A DNA stretch of 64,000 nucleotides from Marsupella aquatica (taxonomy: Eukaryota; Plantae; Marchantiophyta). The translations under genes and the position numbers were made by a program. This document shows, piece after piece, positions 10,912 to 25,067 of this stretch. Position 1 is the stretch's first letter; each line of letters starts with the position of its first letter. The DNA lies in NCBI GenBank assembly GCA_973895155.1, contig OZ316892.1, forward strand, positions 3,103,223 through 3,167,222. Direction: 5' to 3'. The notes under the pieces were generated by a model. It was not told where the DNA came from. It made no database searches and saw only the letters and a program-made list of their open reading frames with translations.

Positions 10912-13900
10912 CTCATCTCAATAGTCTAAATTTCTAGTTTTTATTTTTCCCATAAAAGGGCAGACCTGGGCAGGACCTTAATTTACTAGATGGGGAGTAG
11001 TTTGTATCCTAGTTTATTTCTTCTTGGATGATGGATAGAGTCCAAAAAATTGGTAACTGCTGGCTGATGTTCAACAAAAGTTTTGGTTTTAAGGTTCACT
11101 TTCCTCCTCAGCATTTGTGGGCTCAAACACTCTGAAAACTGATTCATGTTGGTTGGAAAGTAAGCTTATATACATGAGGGGTGTCTGGTTAGGACATGTG
11201 GTTATAACCATGGTTAGTCTACTGGGGTTGTAACAACCCAATCAATCTCCTATGCCAGGCCTTGTTGAGTAAATAACCATTACTCAAAGACAACATTACA
11301 AGAGATACAAGGTTCACCTCTCCAGAGACTATGTCCACGGGAACATGCAAATGAGCTTTGCCAAGTCCACGGACTAAACTCTCCTTATCTCCTAGGTGGC
11401 TCCATAACAATGAGCCTTCCAATCACTAACTTAACCCTACTAGTGAATATAGTAGTGAAACATCTAACCTTAGCCAAGCACTTGACTATGGTTATATCAA
11501 CTATGGTTACATAGTAGCTCTAGACCCAAGAGTAAATGTCTTATAGTGCATGCCTTGTCTCAACAATCTGATCTTGTTCAATTTGGATGGGCATTTGGAG
11601 CAGGATGTGAACATCTAAATTGGGGGATAACTTTTTCTCCACAATAGCTACCTGCATGGCATCCATTGTTTGAAAATTTACACAAGCTAGTAGGCTGTTA
11701 AACTGGAATAGCAAAGGTTCTGATTGGACTTCATGGATTATGGCTACCTCCCTTCTTGGAAGTCTCCTAAGCGCCAACTTGGCAGCCCTTTGTTGTCCAA
11801 CCCTCAACTTAACTGATGGCATTCCAACATTGACAAAGAACTATATGCCTCAAGCTCCTCACCATGCAGGCCTGTCAAATAGATAGTGGATACCAAGCCA
11901 GGGCAAGAGCTGGAAACTTTCCGGTGCTAGAGGTCTGGTACTTTGAAATGACAATCAAAATCAAAACCAGCCTTTGGAAGGTCTTGTAAAAAGGCTCTAT
12001 ATTGTGGAACAGTGAGATATCATTTGCTTTTTTGGCAGTTCAGGGAGTGCTAAGGGCTAATGTCTTGAGGGCGGTCCAGATGCAAGTTGGCTCTAAAAGT
12101 CATTCAGTTTGGAGAACACCCTCTGGGGAAAGCTTTACCTTGCACTTTAAATTGAGTTTTGTCAGTTTCTATGTGTAGTTGAGCATGTCTCTTCTTTCCA
12201 CAATTGCCAGTCTTTGTATGATTCATTGATATAGATGAACTGTAGATGTTCATTGTCTTAGGCTACTGTCTAGAACATCTACAGTTGTGGCTTAGAGTTT
12301 TTGTCCCTGTTTTTGTGAGGTGGTCTATCTTGCCTTAATATCCAAGCATGGAAGGAGGCAAGATGTTGGAAAAAAATAGTTTTTGCTTGGTGAAGTTTAG
12401 GAAACTTAGCTCAGGGCATTTTTCCTACTAATTCATGCATGCTAGGGCGAAGAGTTTTCATGCAGAACCTTAAGGCACCTACTATCTTTTTATAGGACAA
12501 AAATAAATATTTAAAATGCCTGAATTTAAAAATGTAATAAATTAGGCAAGACAAAGAAATTGTGTCAAAGACATTTGTTTCATGCAAATTAGTGCACAAT
12601 TAGTGGTAAGGGTTAACCATGATGGGTCAAACCCAATCCTGTACAAAACAGATGTTAGCATGGGGTCTCTTTCCTTCGGCAGTTTCTATCACCAGACAGT
12701 TGTAGGACATTTCTACAGAAAATCACCTAGACATCTCACCCAATCAGCCTGCAACACATGGAGGTCAAGTTAACCCCAGTAACCATATACAAAAAGCATA
12801 ATACTACAACAAATATGATAAAAATGGAGAAAATAAAGTTCAGATGGACCTAGGGGTTTGCTTGAAGCTAGGTTCAATTTGCAAAGCTCGGAACTGGCAT
12901 AGAACATCCTAATAGACTTCAATAGCACCTTTTACAGTTTTGATAGGAATTTGACCTGTAAACCAGCTCCTGACCCCTTTGCACGTAATATCTAGCTCAA
13001 CCGGTGGGAAGTTGATCCTCATGCCCAAACCACTTGAGAACACTTATAAACACTGAAGCAATCTTTCACAAAAGTGGTAATTGAGGCAATATAATGATAA
13101 TTTACACACAGATCTTTAGGTGGCGTCGTTATTCAAAACTGTTTAAATTTGTGTTTTCATGGTAGATCAAACCATTGAGTTATTTGCGTAGATGTAGATT
13201 CGGTCAATCTTCTTGGTTTTTGTTTGGTTGTCCCCTACCTGGGGCAGAATCTATGCGCCGAGCGTTAGGGACAACGGAGAGCTCAGGGGGGAATCGTCCA
13301 AAATAATACAGAGATAATTAGTTAAAATTATATATAAGTCCACAATAAATCAGTGGGGGCGAACAAGATAACGCCCCCGTACTGTCCCACTCCATCTTTA
13401 CCGGTACCGAGCTTTTTAGATCCCGCTTGTCCGTCCAAACGGGCCCATCCCCAATATCTTCCATAGCATGAAAAAGTTTTAGAAATGCTACAGTAGCACT
13501 GAATCAAAGAAAGTGTGACATTCGCGGTGGCATGGCATGACGGCATGATGGTGTGCCGTGCCTCCATGCCCATGGGAGGTTATTTTGTTCGTTTTGTCCG
13601 ATGCTTGCCTTTAGCCTTATCCATCAGCTATCCAGTTTTACTCTTTCAACCGCCAACCTACTTTTTCGCCCTCTCGGGAGTTACTACGTCGTACTTGTTT
13701 GTCCTCCGTGGTACAGATTACTTTCACCCTGCGTCCCGTCAGATAAAGGTGTGAACCGTCGGATTTCCGCCCTGCCGGTTACTGTAGCGCGTTACTCGGG
13801 GAAGTTACTGAAGTGAGAAGCACTGCGTGACTGACTCTGTGACGGGTGAGAACTGAGAACCGCCAATTACAAGGCGAGGAGCGATAGATGGGGTTCTGCA

Positions 13901-15159
13901 TTTCGTCATGTCCGACTCATCACTCAGCTACAGCACTCATCATCCCTCCCTAGGAGTTTGCGGTTTATTGTTATCTTATTCGCATTAATCTGTTTAATAA
14001 TAATATAGTGTGCTCCAAAGCACTCCCGACGAGTTTCGGTTTAATGTTAATTTATTTTATGTCTCCAATAAAGTGCGCTCGGAAAGCACCTGAGATAAGG
14101 GTCTACTCTGTAGAGTGAAGCCGGCCACTAAACCCCGACTAGAGTAACTGGTCATGTAGAGCGTCTCAAATCTGCTCTTTCTCTCCCCCCCCCACCCCCA
14201 CCCCACAAAAACCCAACTTTTGACATAACACAGAGTGTTTTTGGTTTGAGAGGGGTCTAAATACACTCCTGTGGGTCAATTGGGCACAACAAAATTTGAA
14301 CAGGCAGCAATGGTTCTTGAAAGGCACCAACTGATACCAATTTTTTGCGGAAGCTGGTGCCCTGACCACCCAAGTTGCTGATCACATTTTGTGGGAACTG
14401 CTGGATTTTGGTATGTGACCCAGCCCAGAAAAATTTTCGTAACAGGAAACCTCAGAAAATGAGCTGCTTTGGGATGCCCTATTATATTGGGGGGAAAGTG
14501 GTACTTATCATCTATTTAGCACGGCATTCATGTTAGTCTATATTATAAATTGAGATCAAAGTCTAATGTTCATGGCCTACGCATAAAGCGAAAATCCCAG
14601 TACCTAATTTATCTAATAACAATTTTTCTGACATTAAATTAAATTTATGTTTAGCTAATCTATATTGCTTTTCACGAGCAAAGTCTATGACCTATTGCTA
14701 GGAGTGAAACCATATACTATAATTTCTATGGTAACTGAAAATCCTCATACTTAGCCTGTGAATAGGGACAGGCATGGGGGCCCTTCCTATGCATCCGCAT
14801 TGGAATTTGAGCTAGTAAAGTAAACAATATCAGCTAGGGGGGGATAATAAATCAAGGTCCTGGCCTGGCACACAACCATATGGGCATTTAATGGTCACAA
14901 TCCAACACGGCCAACTCACTATGACGTTTGTTTGGTCAAGGATTTCGAAGAATGCCCTTAGAATAACAACATAATAAAAAATGAGAAAACCAGGATTGAC
15001 CACAATGTTTGACAAAGAACATGGCAAGCCAGATGGACCATTTTCAAACATTGATTTGAATTCAAATGGCATCTTGCCATTGTATAAATGGTCACTTTTG
15101 GGGCCCAAAATTTCACTAGGTCCATTTGAGCTGTGTGGTTACTTGTAATGAGTTAGTAG

Positions 15160-15640
15160 AAACAAAAGTTCATCAACCCCAATGCAATGTCAGGGGAGAA
15201 GTAAAGGCCAAAGCACTTACCTCGAGGTAGAGAGGTTGAAAAGCCCTGCCTATAATCACACGCCTCAAAATGTGGTAACATATGGTGTGTACTCATCGAT
15301 TTAAAGAAAATAATTAGATTTATCATGATATGGAGTGATGTAGACACCATATATGTCATACTTTGATGTGCAGTTACCAAGACCTTTTTTTGTTTTTTTT
15401 GTTTTTTTTTGTTTTGGTTTTTTGAAAGGGAGATGTTTACAATGGCTAAAATTCATCATCCCTGATGCAATGCGAGGACAGTTGTAGGGAGATTGAAAAA
15501 AGGGATGTTTACAAGTATAGCTGAAGTTCATCAACCCCAATGCACAGTCAGGAGAGTACAATCACGGCAAATAGCAAAGGAAGGGAGGGTGGAAAAAAGG
15601 GTGCTTACGTATTTAGGCCAAGGACACTACCTCGAGGAAA
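15160..15640. repeat. Local dispersed direct repeats
   Basis: AAGTTCATCAACCCCAATGCA at ~15167 and ~15524, with a diverged copy at ~15449. A GGCCAA...TACCTCGAGG block occurs at ~15207 and ~15616. Confidence 0.65.
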
Positions 15641-16212
15641 GGTGGTTCTTTCTCTGAAAGGGGAATCCCTCCGAGCAAGCTGCACAACTACACTGTTCAG
15701 ATTGATTAGTGTTACACTAATTTGAGGGCAGAAGTTGTTGGGCTCTAGTCATGAATGAGTGTTACTCAGACTAATTCACAGCAAACTAGTGGTACTTTGG
15801 ACCCAAAAGCGGAAAATAGCAGAAAAGAACTATTTTGGCACACTCACAAGAATGAGTGCTATTTTGGGCTCAAGATCACCCAATTACTAGCAGGTATAAG
15901 AAAAGTGGAAAAAACTATTTGAAAAACCAACATGAATTTGTGCTATTTGGATTTGTGCTATTGAATTCACCTAAATTAGTGTTCTAGAACCAATTCTTGT
16001 ATAACATTAATCATCGTGATCAGTTTAGCTTGCAGTAAGGGAAAACATGTGTTTTATATATTTCCTGCAACTACAACAAGTGCGCACAACATATTCTACC
16101 TGCCTGAATTGGTTTGGCATAGAACCCACACACTTGACCCATCTGAAACGGTTTGGCACATAACCCATGTACATCGGGAGCAGAAGCTGGAGCTGAACTG
16201 GCTGGTCCCCGG

Positions 16213-16285
16213 GGTCTAGTCAAGGATTGAACTTGAGACCTTCTGGTCACAAGACACCCTTGCCACCTAAGCTGACAACCAGACC
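16213..16285 (-). mobile_element. tRNA-derived sequence (SINE head or tRNA pseudogene)
   Basis: 73 nt on the minus strand. Acceptor-like stem GGTCTGG/CTAGACC, perfect T-arm TCAAG-TTCAATC-CTTGA (B box) and A-box-like AGCTTAGGTGG. The anticodon stem does not pair, so it is not a functional tRNA. Confidence 0.6.
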
Positions 16286-18556
16286 TACCCAGGTTGTTCA
16301 GGGTGGTCTTATGCTTTGTGCTTGTATTGACAAACAACAAACTAGTTTTCTTTTGAACCAAAAAAACGGTTGTGTTTTGGATCTGTCCGTTTTGGACCCC
16401 CTGTGTATTGTATCCTGTCCTCTTTTATTCTTTTATAGGAGTATAGGATTTCATGGGCAAATAGTTCCAGCAAAGACGATCCATTATAGGGATGTTCTTG
16501 GAGGACACGAAACTTGCATACCTACACAAGAGTCTCCGCAAACATGGCTGGCGTTAGGACAAGGTCTCCTTTTAGTTGAACAAAATCATAAAAGAAAAGT
16601 TTCCCAAAACACAAAACACAAGCCAGTCATACTCTAAAGAGTTAGTGAGAGAAATATATGATTACCGTGTAGGTTGGTTTTTTTCAGGACCTCACATGTG
16701 AGTTGCTTCTAAGATACTGTGAAGCTATAATAATCTAGATTTTGCTGGATGTTGAATGATCCCGTCAGCTAAGTGCCTGTGAAGCCATTGTTTTAGACTG
16801 TTCATAAAAAATACTACGTACGTGGCCAAAGTGAACAGTGTACTGCTGCATGGGTTCAATTGTCTTGTACTATTATTCCACTTCACCTAATGTGTCTCAG
16901 CCTTTCCTTTACGTTGGAGTAAACGAGGTTGAACCCAGTTGGATGATTGTATGGTGAGTTCCTTAAAAATAATTGTGTGTGAAGAAGAATAGTTTGGTGA
17001 CAATGGAGAACTTCAAAGGAGCAAAGTTGGATGAGGACCAGGTCTCACCCTTGTGGATCCCATTGTGAATTTTTCTATGCTGAAATTGTTTGGCATCCTG
17101 TACGGGACAATAGTTGTCAATTTTGCATGGGTCCATGCTCGAAGTAAGTTTACAATGGGTGCATGCCATGGCTCAAGATCAAAGAGTTCCTGAGCAAGTT
17201 GCGCCATGATTGGTGTAGTAGGGCTTGTTAGTGAAACCACCTGCTTACTAACAACTATAGTTCCATGTCGAAGACACGGGTAATGAGATAGTTTGCTCAA
17301 CTTGGAGAAATGCATCTACTAGAAACAGCCCAAATCCCTGTGTCTTTCCAGTACAAGAGAGGGCATGCTGTAACCAATGTTGAAGACAATGGATAGAGCA
17401 CTAGTGCCAAAACTCTCTATCTCTCCTTCTCAACCTTAATTGAAACCACCATTGGCCATATAGAAGCCAGAAATGCCAAAACTCATGTACCCCATCACCC
17501 CCTCTGCCCCAGAGCACTCTTGCACCAATTATACCATAGTTTACCGTCCTATCTTAGAAACCTGGTGGATCCAATTTTAGAGATGGACAGTGGCGGTGTA
17601 ATAACAACCATGCATAGCTCATGTTGACGAAGACAAAATGCGCATTCAAGCAAGAACGTAAATGCCAATGCTCTCTATCGCTCTCTAACAAAATATTCTT
17701 AGTTTTGGATTTATGTTGAATTTCTCAAGGCCCCAAAAGTCACAAGTGCCCCCTAGGTCTTGCAAAGTCACCCCACCTAACTAAGGGTTTAACTAGTACT
17801 GATATTTGGCATATTTCGTCTGGCCCTTACTTTCACTTTCTTCACTTCTTTTGATGGTGTTGTCACGTAGCCAAAATCAAACAAAGCATAGAAAGTGAGA
17901 AACACAAGAAATATGCCAAACCCACAAATTTGGCAAGGGAGCAAAGTGGAGAATCTAATTCCATAATGGAGATGTGGACCTACTCTTCTGGGCCTAAGGC
18001 CCAGAGTGAAATCTCTAGACCATGACTAGAGGGTGTAACCAAAAGTTGGGAGTGCGGGTGAAAAGCGAGGATTGTGGGCGGGGTGAGTCTCTGACTATGG
18101 TGTAGTATGTGAGGAGACACTGGAAACCAATTCAACATAAATTCATGAACCCTGGCAGAACAAACTGGCTTGTGAGAATAGATTTGGAAACCAATTGAAC
18201 CCAAATTGGTGAAGGTGCAATGGGCTTGAATATCTTCACCTCAATGGGCATCAGTATGGTCACCTCCAGTTAGTATAAAAAGAAGGGCAGTCAGGCTAGT
18301 AGGGAGTCCTCCTCATATCATGTCATGGAGTTAAAAATCAAATGAAGAGGAGGAATACCCTGAAATTGGCCACACCCTGAAATGTGGCAAGCAAAGCGAG
18401 AGCTGGAGCATAGAATTGGGAAGGTCGCAGGCTAGAGAGGAGTTGAAGCAAGGAAATGGAGAGCTCCAATGAAAGGCAGCTGAATCGAACGAACACGATT
18501 GTCTAGCGAATGCTCTGGAATGCTGCGAAAGAACGCACCGTGTGAATCGGGGCAAG

Positions 18557-21500
18557 ATGGGGAAGAGAGCATTTCTCTCCGAGTTCGACACAGCTCAGAT
18601 TTTGAGGAGGTGTGTTTTTTTTCCTTACTGTCGTCCATCCTCTCAATTTCCGCTTTGCCTTGTTGCTTTGACTTTTGCTTTGAGCTTTCATGGTGGAGGG
18701 TTGGGAACTAGCCCGTCCTCTTGCTGCCGCATGAAGCCTTCTTGCTCCCTCCGCGCATGGCGAATTGAGATGGTGGATTGAATAGCTCACAAGCTCCGGC
18801 CGTGATGGACAGTCATGGTTGTGCGCGCGTCTGGCTCTTTGTCCAAGGTTTAGGGCTTTGGCTGGACGCTCGGTAGCCAACCTAATCTGTCAAGCGAATG
18901 GGCCTGGCAAAGAATTTGCATCATCTGAGCTGTAATTGTTTGTTTGGTTGGAGGAGTGAAGTGGGCTGATCGCCGCGCGTTGATCAATGCAATGCAGGTA
19001 TAGCGCGGTGACGGTAATGGGGTTGCTGCGGGAAGTGGCGAAATGCAGCGACAGTTCGAGGCTGGATTGGAATGTTGTTATGAAGAAGTTGAACTCGAGC
19101 ATCAGCAGTGCCAAAGAGTGCCAGGCGCTTTGGCGGCATATAGCGTATCGGAAAGAATTGGCTGATTTCTATCCGGACGACGAGCAGCCCTCGGTATGTT
19201 GCAATTGAAGGAGAGTATCGAAATTAGGTTTCTAAAGATCATCATCTAGTTTAGCTTCAGTGTCTAAGGATGCCTCATTTTTAAATGATTGTGCATTCGA
19301 AGATCTCTAGTGACTTTGGGGACAAAATGATTGCAATGCCATTGCAGGATGATGAAAGTGATCTGGAGTTTGAGCTATTGCCCTCACCGGCTGTGAGTTC
19401 TGAGGCCAATGCCGACGTTGTTCGATGGGTGAAGGTAGGATTCTTCCACTCTCTTTTACCCGCAGCGTCTGTCGGGTCTTTGACCAGTCCTTCAGTTGCT
19501 GATACTCGTTCTCTTCTCAAGTAAATGTAGAGCTTTAGTTGTATCAGGAGTTGCGGAGCAATTTTGGTTAAAGGAACCGATGAAATTGCTTAATCTATTT
19601 TCAGGCGACTTATATTTTACTTCTGTTTCACTATTTGAATAAACCTTGATTTAGAACTTCATGTGATAAGAGTTCTCCTGTGTGGTCCTCACACTCAATG
19701 AATGTCTATCACGGATGCAGACAGATATGCAGCGGTTTAACATACCTGTGGGTGGGAAGAAGAAAGGAGAAACAAAGTCAAAATCCCGGGATGTAAGCCT
19801 TCTAGCCGATTCCAATCAGGTTCGTCAAGTACTATGATGCCCAATGTAATCGTTATACCCCTATGAATTCCTGTGACAGCATGGAGTCGACGAGCACTGA
19901 TAGCATAGCCTTTGTCGATGTGTCAGTCGCGATCTAATCTCGATATGGAAGCAGGTTCAAGTGTGGCAACGCATCACTTGGTTCTTACATTGCATTGGAC
20001 CTGGCCACTATTTCACCGCGAAATCCCCATTCGCTGGAAAGTTGACGTACATCGATTGTTGCCCTCGGTTTTATTATGGAAAGTTTATGAAAACTTTTTC
20101 AATTGTCAAATCTGAAAACCTCTTCCCCATTCCTGCTGTGATGTTCTGCTTTACAAACAGTTGTTCTTGGCTTGCAGTGCATGTTGTTCCCCTTTTCGCA
20201 CAGTTCCTTACCTTGCTGACCAGGCCTGAACTATGGTAAGCATTAACAACGAAGATGGCAAATGCCTGCTAGGATGCCAATTTTGGTTACGATTGCAAGC
20301 CTTCAATAACCGAGTTTTCCAAGGGGCTTACATCAGCTTCTACTTTGCTTGGAACTACCAGGACAGAAGTGTTCTCAGCCAACCACAAGCAGTTACAGGT
20401 TTTTGGGAACTCTGGCTTGGCTGTCACAGGTACTGACTCGGCAATGGTTTTGGACTGTGTTTCAACCAGGGTTTATCTGCCGGCAGGGATGGAAGTGATA
20501 AAGGGGCAAATGGCGTAGGTGTTATTGCTGGGGATTCTGGTACAGCTTCCCCGCCTCGTGGTACTGCTTGTCAAATCCCCTTGGCCAATCCTGAATGTAC
20601 ACTTTCCAAGGCAGCTTTGGGGCAATCAGAAAGGAAAAAGAGAAAGCTTTGGTCACTGGAGGAAGACCAGGAGCTTATTGCAGCTGTAGAGAAATTTGGT
20701 GAAGGCAACTGGACAAATATCCTGAAGGGTTCCTTCACTCATGAACGCACTGCAGCACAATTGTCACAGGTACTGTCTGTCTGTTTGACTTTAGTCTCCT
20801 TGGCTCAACTTGCATCCAAACTTTGGGAAAGCAAGTCTTACCTCATCTGGGGGACATAAGTACCTTGAGCTGTTACGATGAAGATACTACTCTTGAACAA
20901 GATTGGGCTACTACATATGATCTGCTTGTATTCTACCAAAGTAGAGCTCGTGGCAACTCTCCACAAGTTTTTTCCTAAATCTGGTGGTCAACGCTTTAAA
21001 ATAGCAGGGAGCTCCCCACCAAGTACTGACACGGAGACTCTCATTACCTTGACTTCTGAATGGAGTTGTAGTCACTCTTCGTCATTTAAGGTTCTTTATG
21101 GACAACTTTGAGGCTGAACTGAAGAGTCTGACTCATTGATATTACTTTTTCCTCATCTAAGCGACAGGTTTGGCCTGTCGGCCCGTACTTTGATGTCTCT
21201 AGGCAGTGCCATCTCTTCAGGTTAGCCAGTAGTATTCCTGCATCCCTTATGTTGATTATTAGTCTAGCATCAGTAGACTTTAAATTTGCCGTCAGTCTTC
21301 GGACCCAAGCTCTGTTCCTAAAGTACGATTTATGCGAAATCCTGCTCAGCTCTGTAGGTCTCCTCAGAATATTTTCCTTTCCAAGAAACCGTTCACTGCT
21401 TGTCCCTTTGAGGATCATTCTTTTTCATCGAAACGCATGTTGCACATCTTTAGAATATCTATTTAGTACATTCCGACAATGGACGACCTACAGTTGCCAT

Positions 21501-22980
21501 AACTTTGGTAGTGCTATCTTCTTCGTGTGTTAAACGGCAGGGTTGGAGTCTACTTCGTCTCTGCCGTTTGTACTTTGCAAATGTGAAGCTGCAGCAATCC
21601 GTAACTTAGTTTGTTTTAGAAACGAGGATTTGACAAATTTTATCGTGGGACATGTGGTCCCATGTTGATGGTGCTGCTGTTTGCCTTTGTACTTCTGTCG
21701 GTCTAGTCTGCATGGGCAAGTATGTCATAATCTGGTCAGCAACTTACTGGCCGCGTCGTTTGGATACCTATTTCAAATCCTTGATGTAGTTGATGATCTT
21801 CCAGCACTTATCGAGTGATGATAATTCTAGTCAGTCAATCTAACAAGATTTACCGCCCATTTTTTTGCAGAGATGGGCATTAATACGAAAACGCAGAGAT
21901 ATACGAGCAGCCGCAAGCAAACCAACTTCTGCTCCATCGGCTGAGCAAGGAAATGGTGTTCAAACCCCTGCTGCTGACCAGAGTCTTCCAACAACCCCTG
22001 CACAAAATGGAGGCACCTCTGCCAGTGTGTCACCCATCGTGCCTCCAACTACGATTGCTCAAAATGGCGGTATGGATGATGGTATGGATGATGCTGTAGC
22101 GCCTAGCACAACCACGGCATCAGTCCCATCATCTTCTGGCTGCCAAAGTCAGGATCATGCTAGCAGTCCTCCAACGACATCTCTGAATAATGGCGTCAAT
22201 GGTGCTCCCAATGGCTCAGTAGTAGTCTCTGGTGCTATGGACAGTGTTTCTCTTAAGGGGGGAGTTGGAACATCGACACGAATAGCAGCAAATGGTGGCC
22301 AACGGCAGGCCTCGGCTGGTGGTTCTGCTCGGACTACAGCAGGGGCTTCCGCAGTTGTTACAGCCATGGCTGTAGGCCAGGCCCGCAGTACCAGTGCCAA
22401 GAGTCCAGGTGCTAGTGTTGGAGCAGGCCGCCTTATTACCCCTGGCGCAGTTGTGAGGAGTGCCGCTGCAGCCCAGGTTGCCTCAGTTGGGCAGGCAGCA
22501 ACACCGCCAACAGCCGGAGCACCGACTTCAGGTTCCAGTAAGTACAATGTTCGGAGTAATTCAGGAGCAGCTGGGAGCCGTGGCGGTTCTTCAAAAGCAA
22601 TGACAGGGCCTGATCCAGGTGTGCAAGCAGCAGCAGTTGCAGCAGGTGCGAGGATTGCTCCAGCTTCAGCTCTTTTGAAAGCTTCACATTCTGGGAATGT
22701 GGTGCACATTAGGCAAGGTGGGGTCCCAGTCACAAAGGGGTTACAAAGTCAAACAGGAATGAATGGTGGTGGAGGTTCACGGGGCACATCTGGGGCCATT
22801 GTGCACTACATAACCACTGGTGGGGGTGGAACTCCTTCGACCCTGCTTAGTGCTCAGAGATCCGCTCAGCAAACGAAGAATCAAGCAACAAAGGCATCGA
22901 GCATCCCTCAGACGACAAGTAGTGCAACACCCAATGACTCAGTTTCTCCAACCACATCAAGTCCAACACCTCCCAAGTAA
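18557..22980 (+). CDS. DRMY1: DRMY1-like single MYB/SANT-domain protein (AT1G58220/AT1G09710 family), multi-exon
   Basis: Exons 18557-18609, 18998-19193, 19348-19434, 19721-19819, 19880-19954, (a probable exon near 20180-20290), ~20470-20769 and 21871-22980, with GT-AG borders. Family motifs LDWNVVMKK...AKECQALWRHIAY, DDESDLEFEL, KRKLWSLEEDQELIAAVEKFGEGNW...RTAAQLSQRW and QAAAVAAGARIA. Confidence 0.85.
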
Positions 22981-25067
22981 TTCCCATTGGCCTATTCTTT
23001 AACGGAATGCAAACTTCTTTGGAAGACCTTGGTTGATCCTTTGTCGGTATCATGTGAATGAGCCCCGATCCGGATCCCTAGGGGCAAAGTCAGATACGAC
23101 GACTGTAGGGGTTTATTGGCCCATACCGTATAACGTCGAACCAGTTTGTGGTGGACATGCTAGGTCTTCAGAAAATCTTGGTACATATATTGAGGGAGCA
23201 AAAGCTCAGTATATTTCTGAGTGTTCCAAAGTTTTGTCAGTGTGATAGGGTGATGTTCTTGACTGTACATGTTAATTCAGTGGAGGGAGTGATATATTCT
23301 CCAATGCTAGGAAGTCAGGTGAGCATGTTCATGTATGATGTATATACACTTTGAACCTGACCAGAGTCGGCTAGGATTGTAATCATCTCTGAGCACTGTA
23401 ACTGTGGAGCAATCTTGATACACGCCTTCGTGATCGGGCCTCCTCCTCCTCGCCCGCGTCTCTTCCAGACATAGATTGGCTAGCTACTCGCAATCTTGCC
23501 ACTCCGTTGACGGTGTTCTGTCATTGTGAATTCAGTGATACACCAATTTGCTGGTATTTTGGAATATGTAAATAGTAGGTGTATACAACAATTTCAATTG
23601 CAATAAAGGTAACTTTAAACGGAGAAAAAGAGTGGACGGCACATGGACTAATATACTTCTGATGAACACAGCACATTCATCATTTCCGTCCAATTTTTTC
23701 AAGATGCAGTCCAATGCACATCTTTTTATGTTATCTTTTTTCAAAAACGGTTTCCAAGATCTACTACATTGGAATGGATGACTGTCAATCCAACACAACC
23801 CGCAAAATTGTAGGTACCGTATAGATACGGAATGGACATGCCACCACCAATTGAGAATAGACAGTGATACTAAATCTTTGAAGGATGAGCCTGGACTCTG
23901 ATATATTTACTGGCTGTCTCCAACATCAATTTTACATGAACTCTACATCTGTGGCAGAGTTGATGTATTGGGGATCTGGACTTGCCCATGTCGAACCAAG
24001 CAATCAGCACTCTTAGTTGTTTTTCGCCCGCAATTGCTGTGAACCAGCCTTAACTTCGTACGTACACTACAGAATTCCATCCTCTCCAACTGTATCTTTC
24101 CTCGTCTTATCTATATATTATCATTATCATGACCAGGTCATTGCCACCTAGCAGTACGCAATGAAAGATGTCATGTAGTTATGCCAACGTTCAAGTCCAA
24201 CGCAATTGACTGATGAAATGTTTTCTTGCTGCTTGTCCTTATATATGCTGTCCATTTGGCAATAAGGTCCATATCTCAGAATCTTGCCGTTATGGAATGA
24301 GCGAATGACAATTTCACCACAACTCATGTTGTCAGGAGGACAAACTTAGATTCCACAAAAATCAAACCTGCCTATAGGCAATGAGCACGTCCTGTGCTTC
24401 TGAATTCTGCGCCTCAGTTTTTAGATTAGGAAATTCAAGTACATCGTAGCATTTGAAGGTAGGCCACGGGGTCAGTTCCCCAGTTCATAAACCGGGAATG
24501 ATTTAAACAACCTCTCAAAACAAAGTTGCAACTACACTCTGATTTGTCTGCTATCCAACTGAAGAGTAGTCATTCACATTCACTAGCTTAACCTATGGTG
24601 GGTGTCCATTGCTATTTGATAGGTTTTGCAGCAGCCCTCTTAACATCCCGTTTTCAAATTCGCATTTGACTCTGTCCGAGGCTGAGAATTTGATACTTAT
24701 ATCAAAACTCACGGCTCAAACGCTGAAACTCGCACAATTGAAGTATACTAGCATTAGAGCCTGGTAGGCAACTGCACAGAGTGCTGAAGCTGCATTGAAA
24801 ACGGTATACTAACCACAGCACATATGTAAGTCTCATCGAAAGAGGGCAAGGGACTAAAAAGGAGGATACACTATAGTTATTTTTATTTCTGGGCACGCAC
24901 TTGAACCAACCACTACCAAGGAATTCTGAGACGGAACCCTCAATTGCAACGATGTGAACCTCGTTCCACCAGACAACATTTCAACAGCACAGCTGATATG
25001 GAGTGGTGGTGGACAACTCAGACCATGACAAAAGAACTGCAAAACTGAACCACCATTGACATTACTG

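Noticed and set aside
11000-12800. Coding-like minus-strand fragments (e.g. 11541-11822)
   Set aside because: No recognisable motif and multiple stops; probably old TE debris that cannot be classified by eye.
16213-16285. Functional tRNA gene
   Set aside because: The anticodon stem does not pair and the D-arm spacing is abnormal.
16960-17480. Possible LINE-derived fragment
   Set aside because: Trp-rich scraps are suggestive, but no diagnostic RT or endonuclease motif is visible.
22155-22733. 192-aa antisense ORF
   Set aside because: Shadow of the Ala/Gly/Ser-rich last exon of the DRMY1-like gene.
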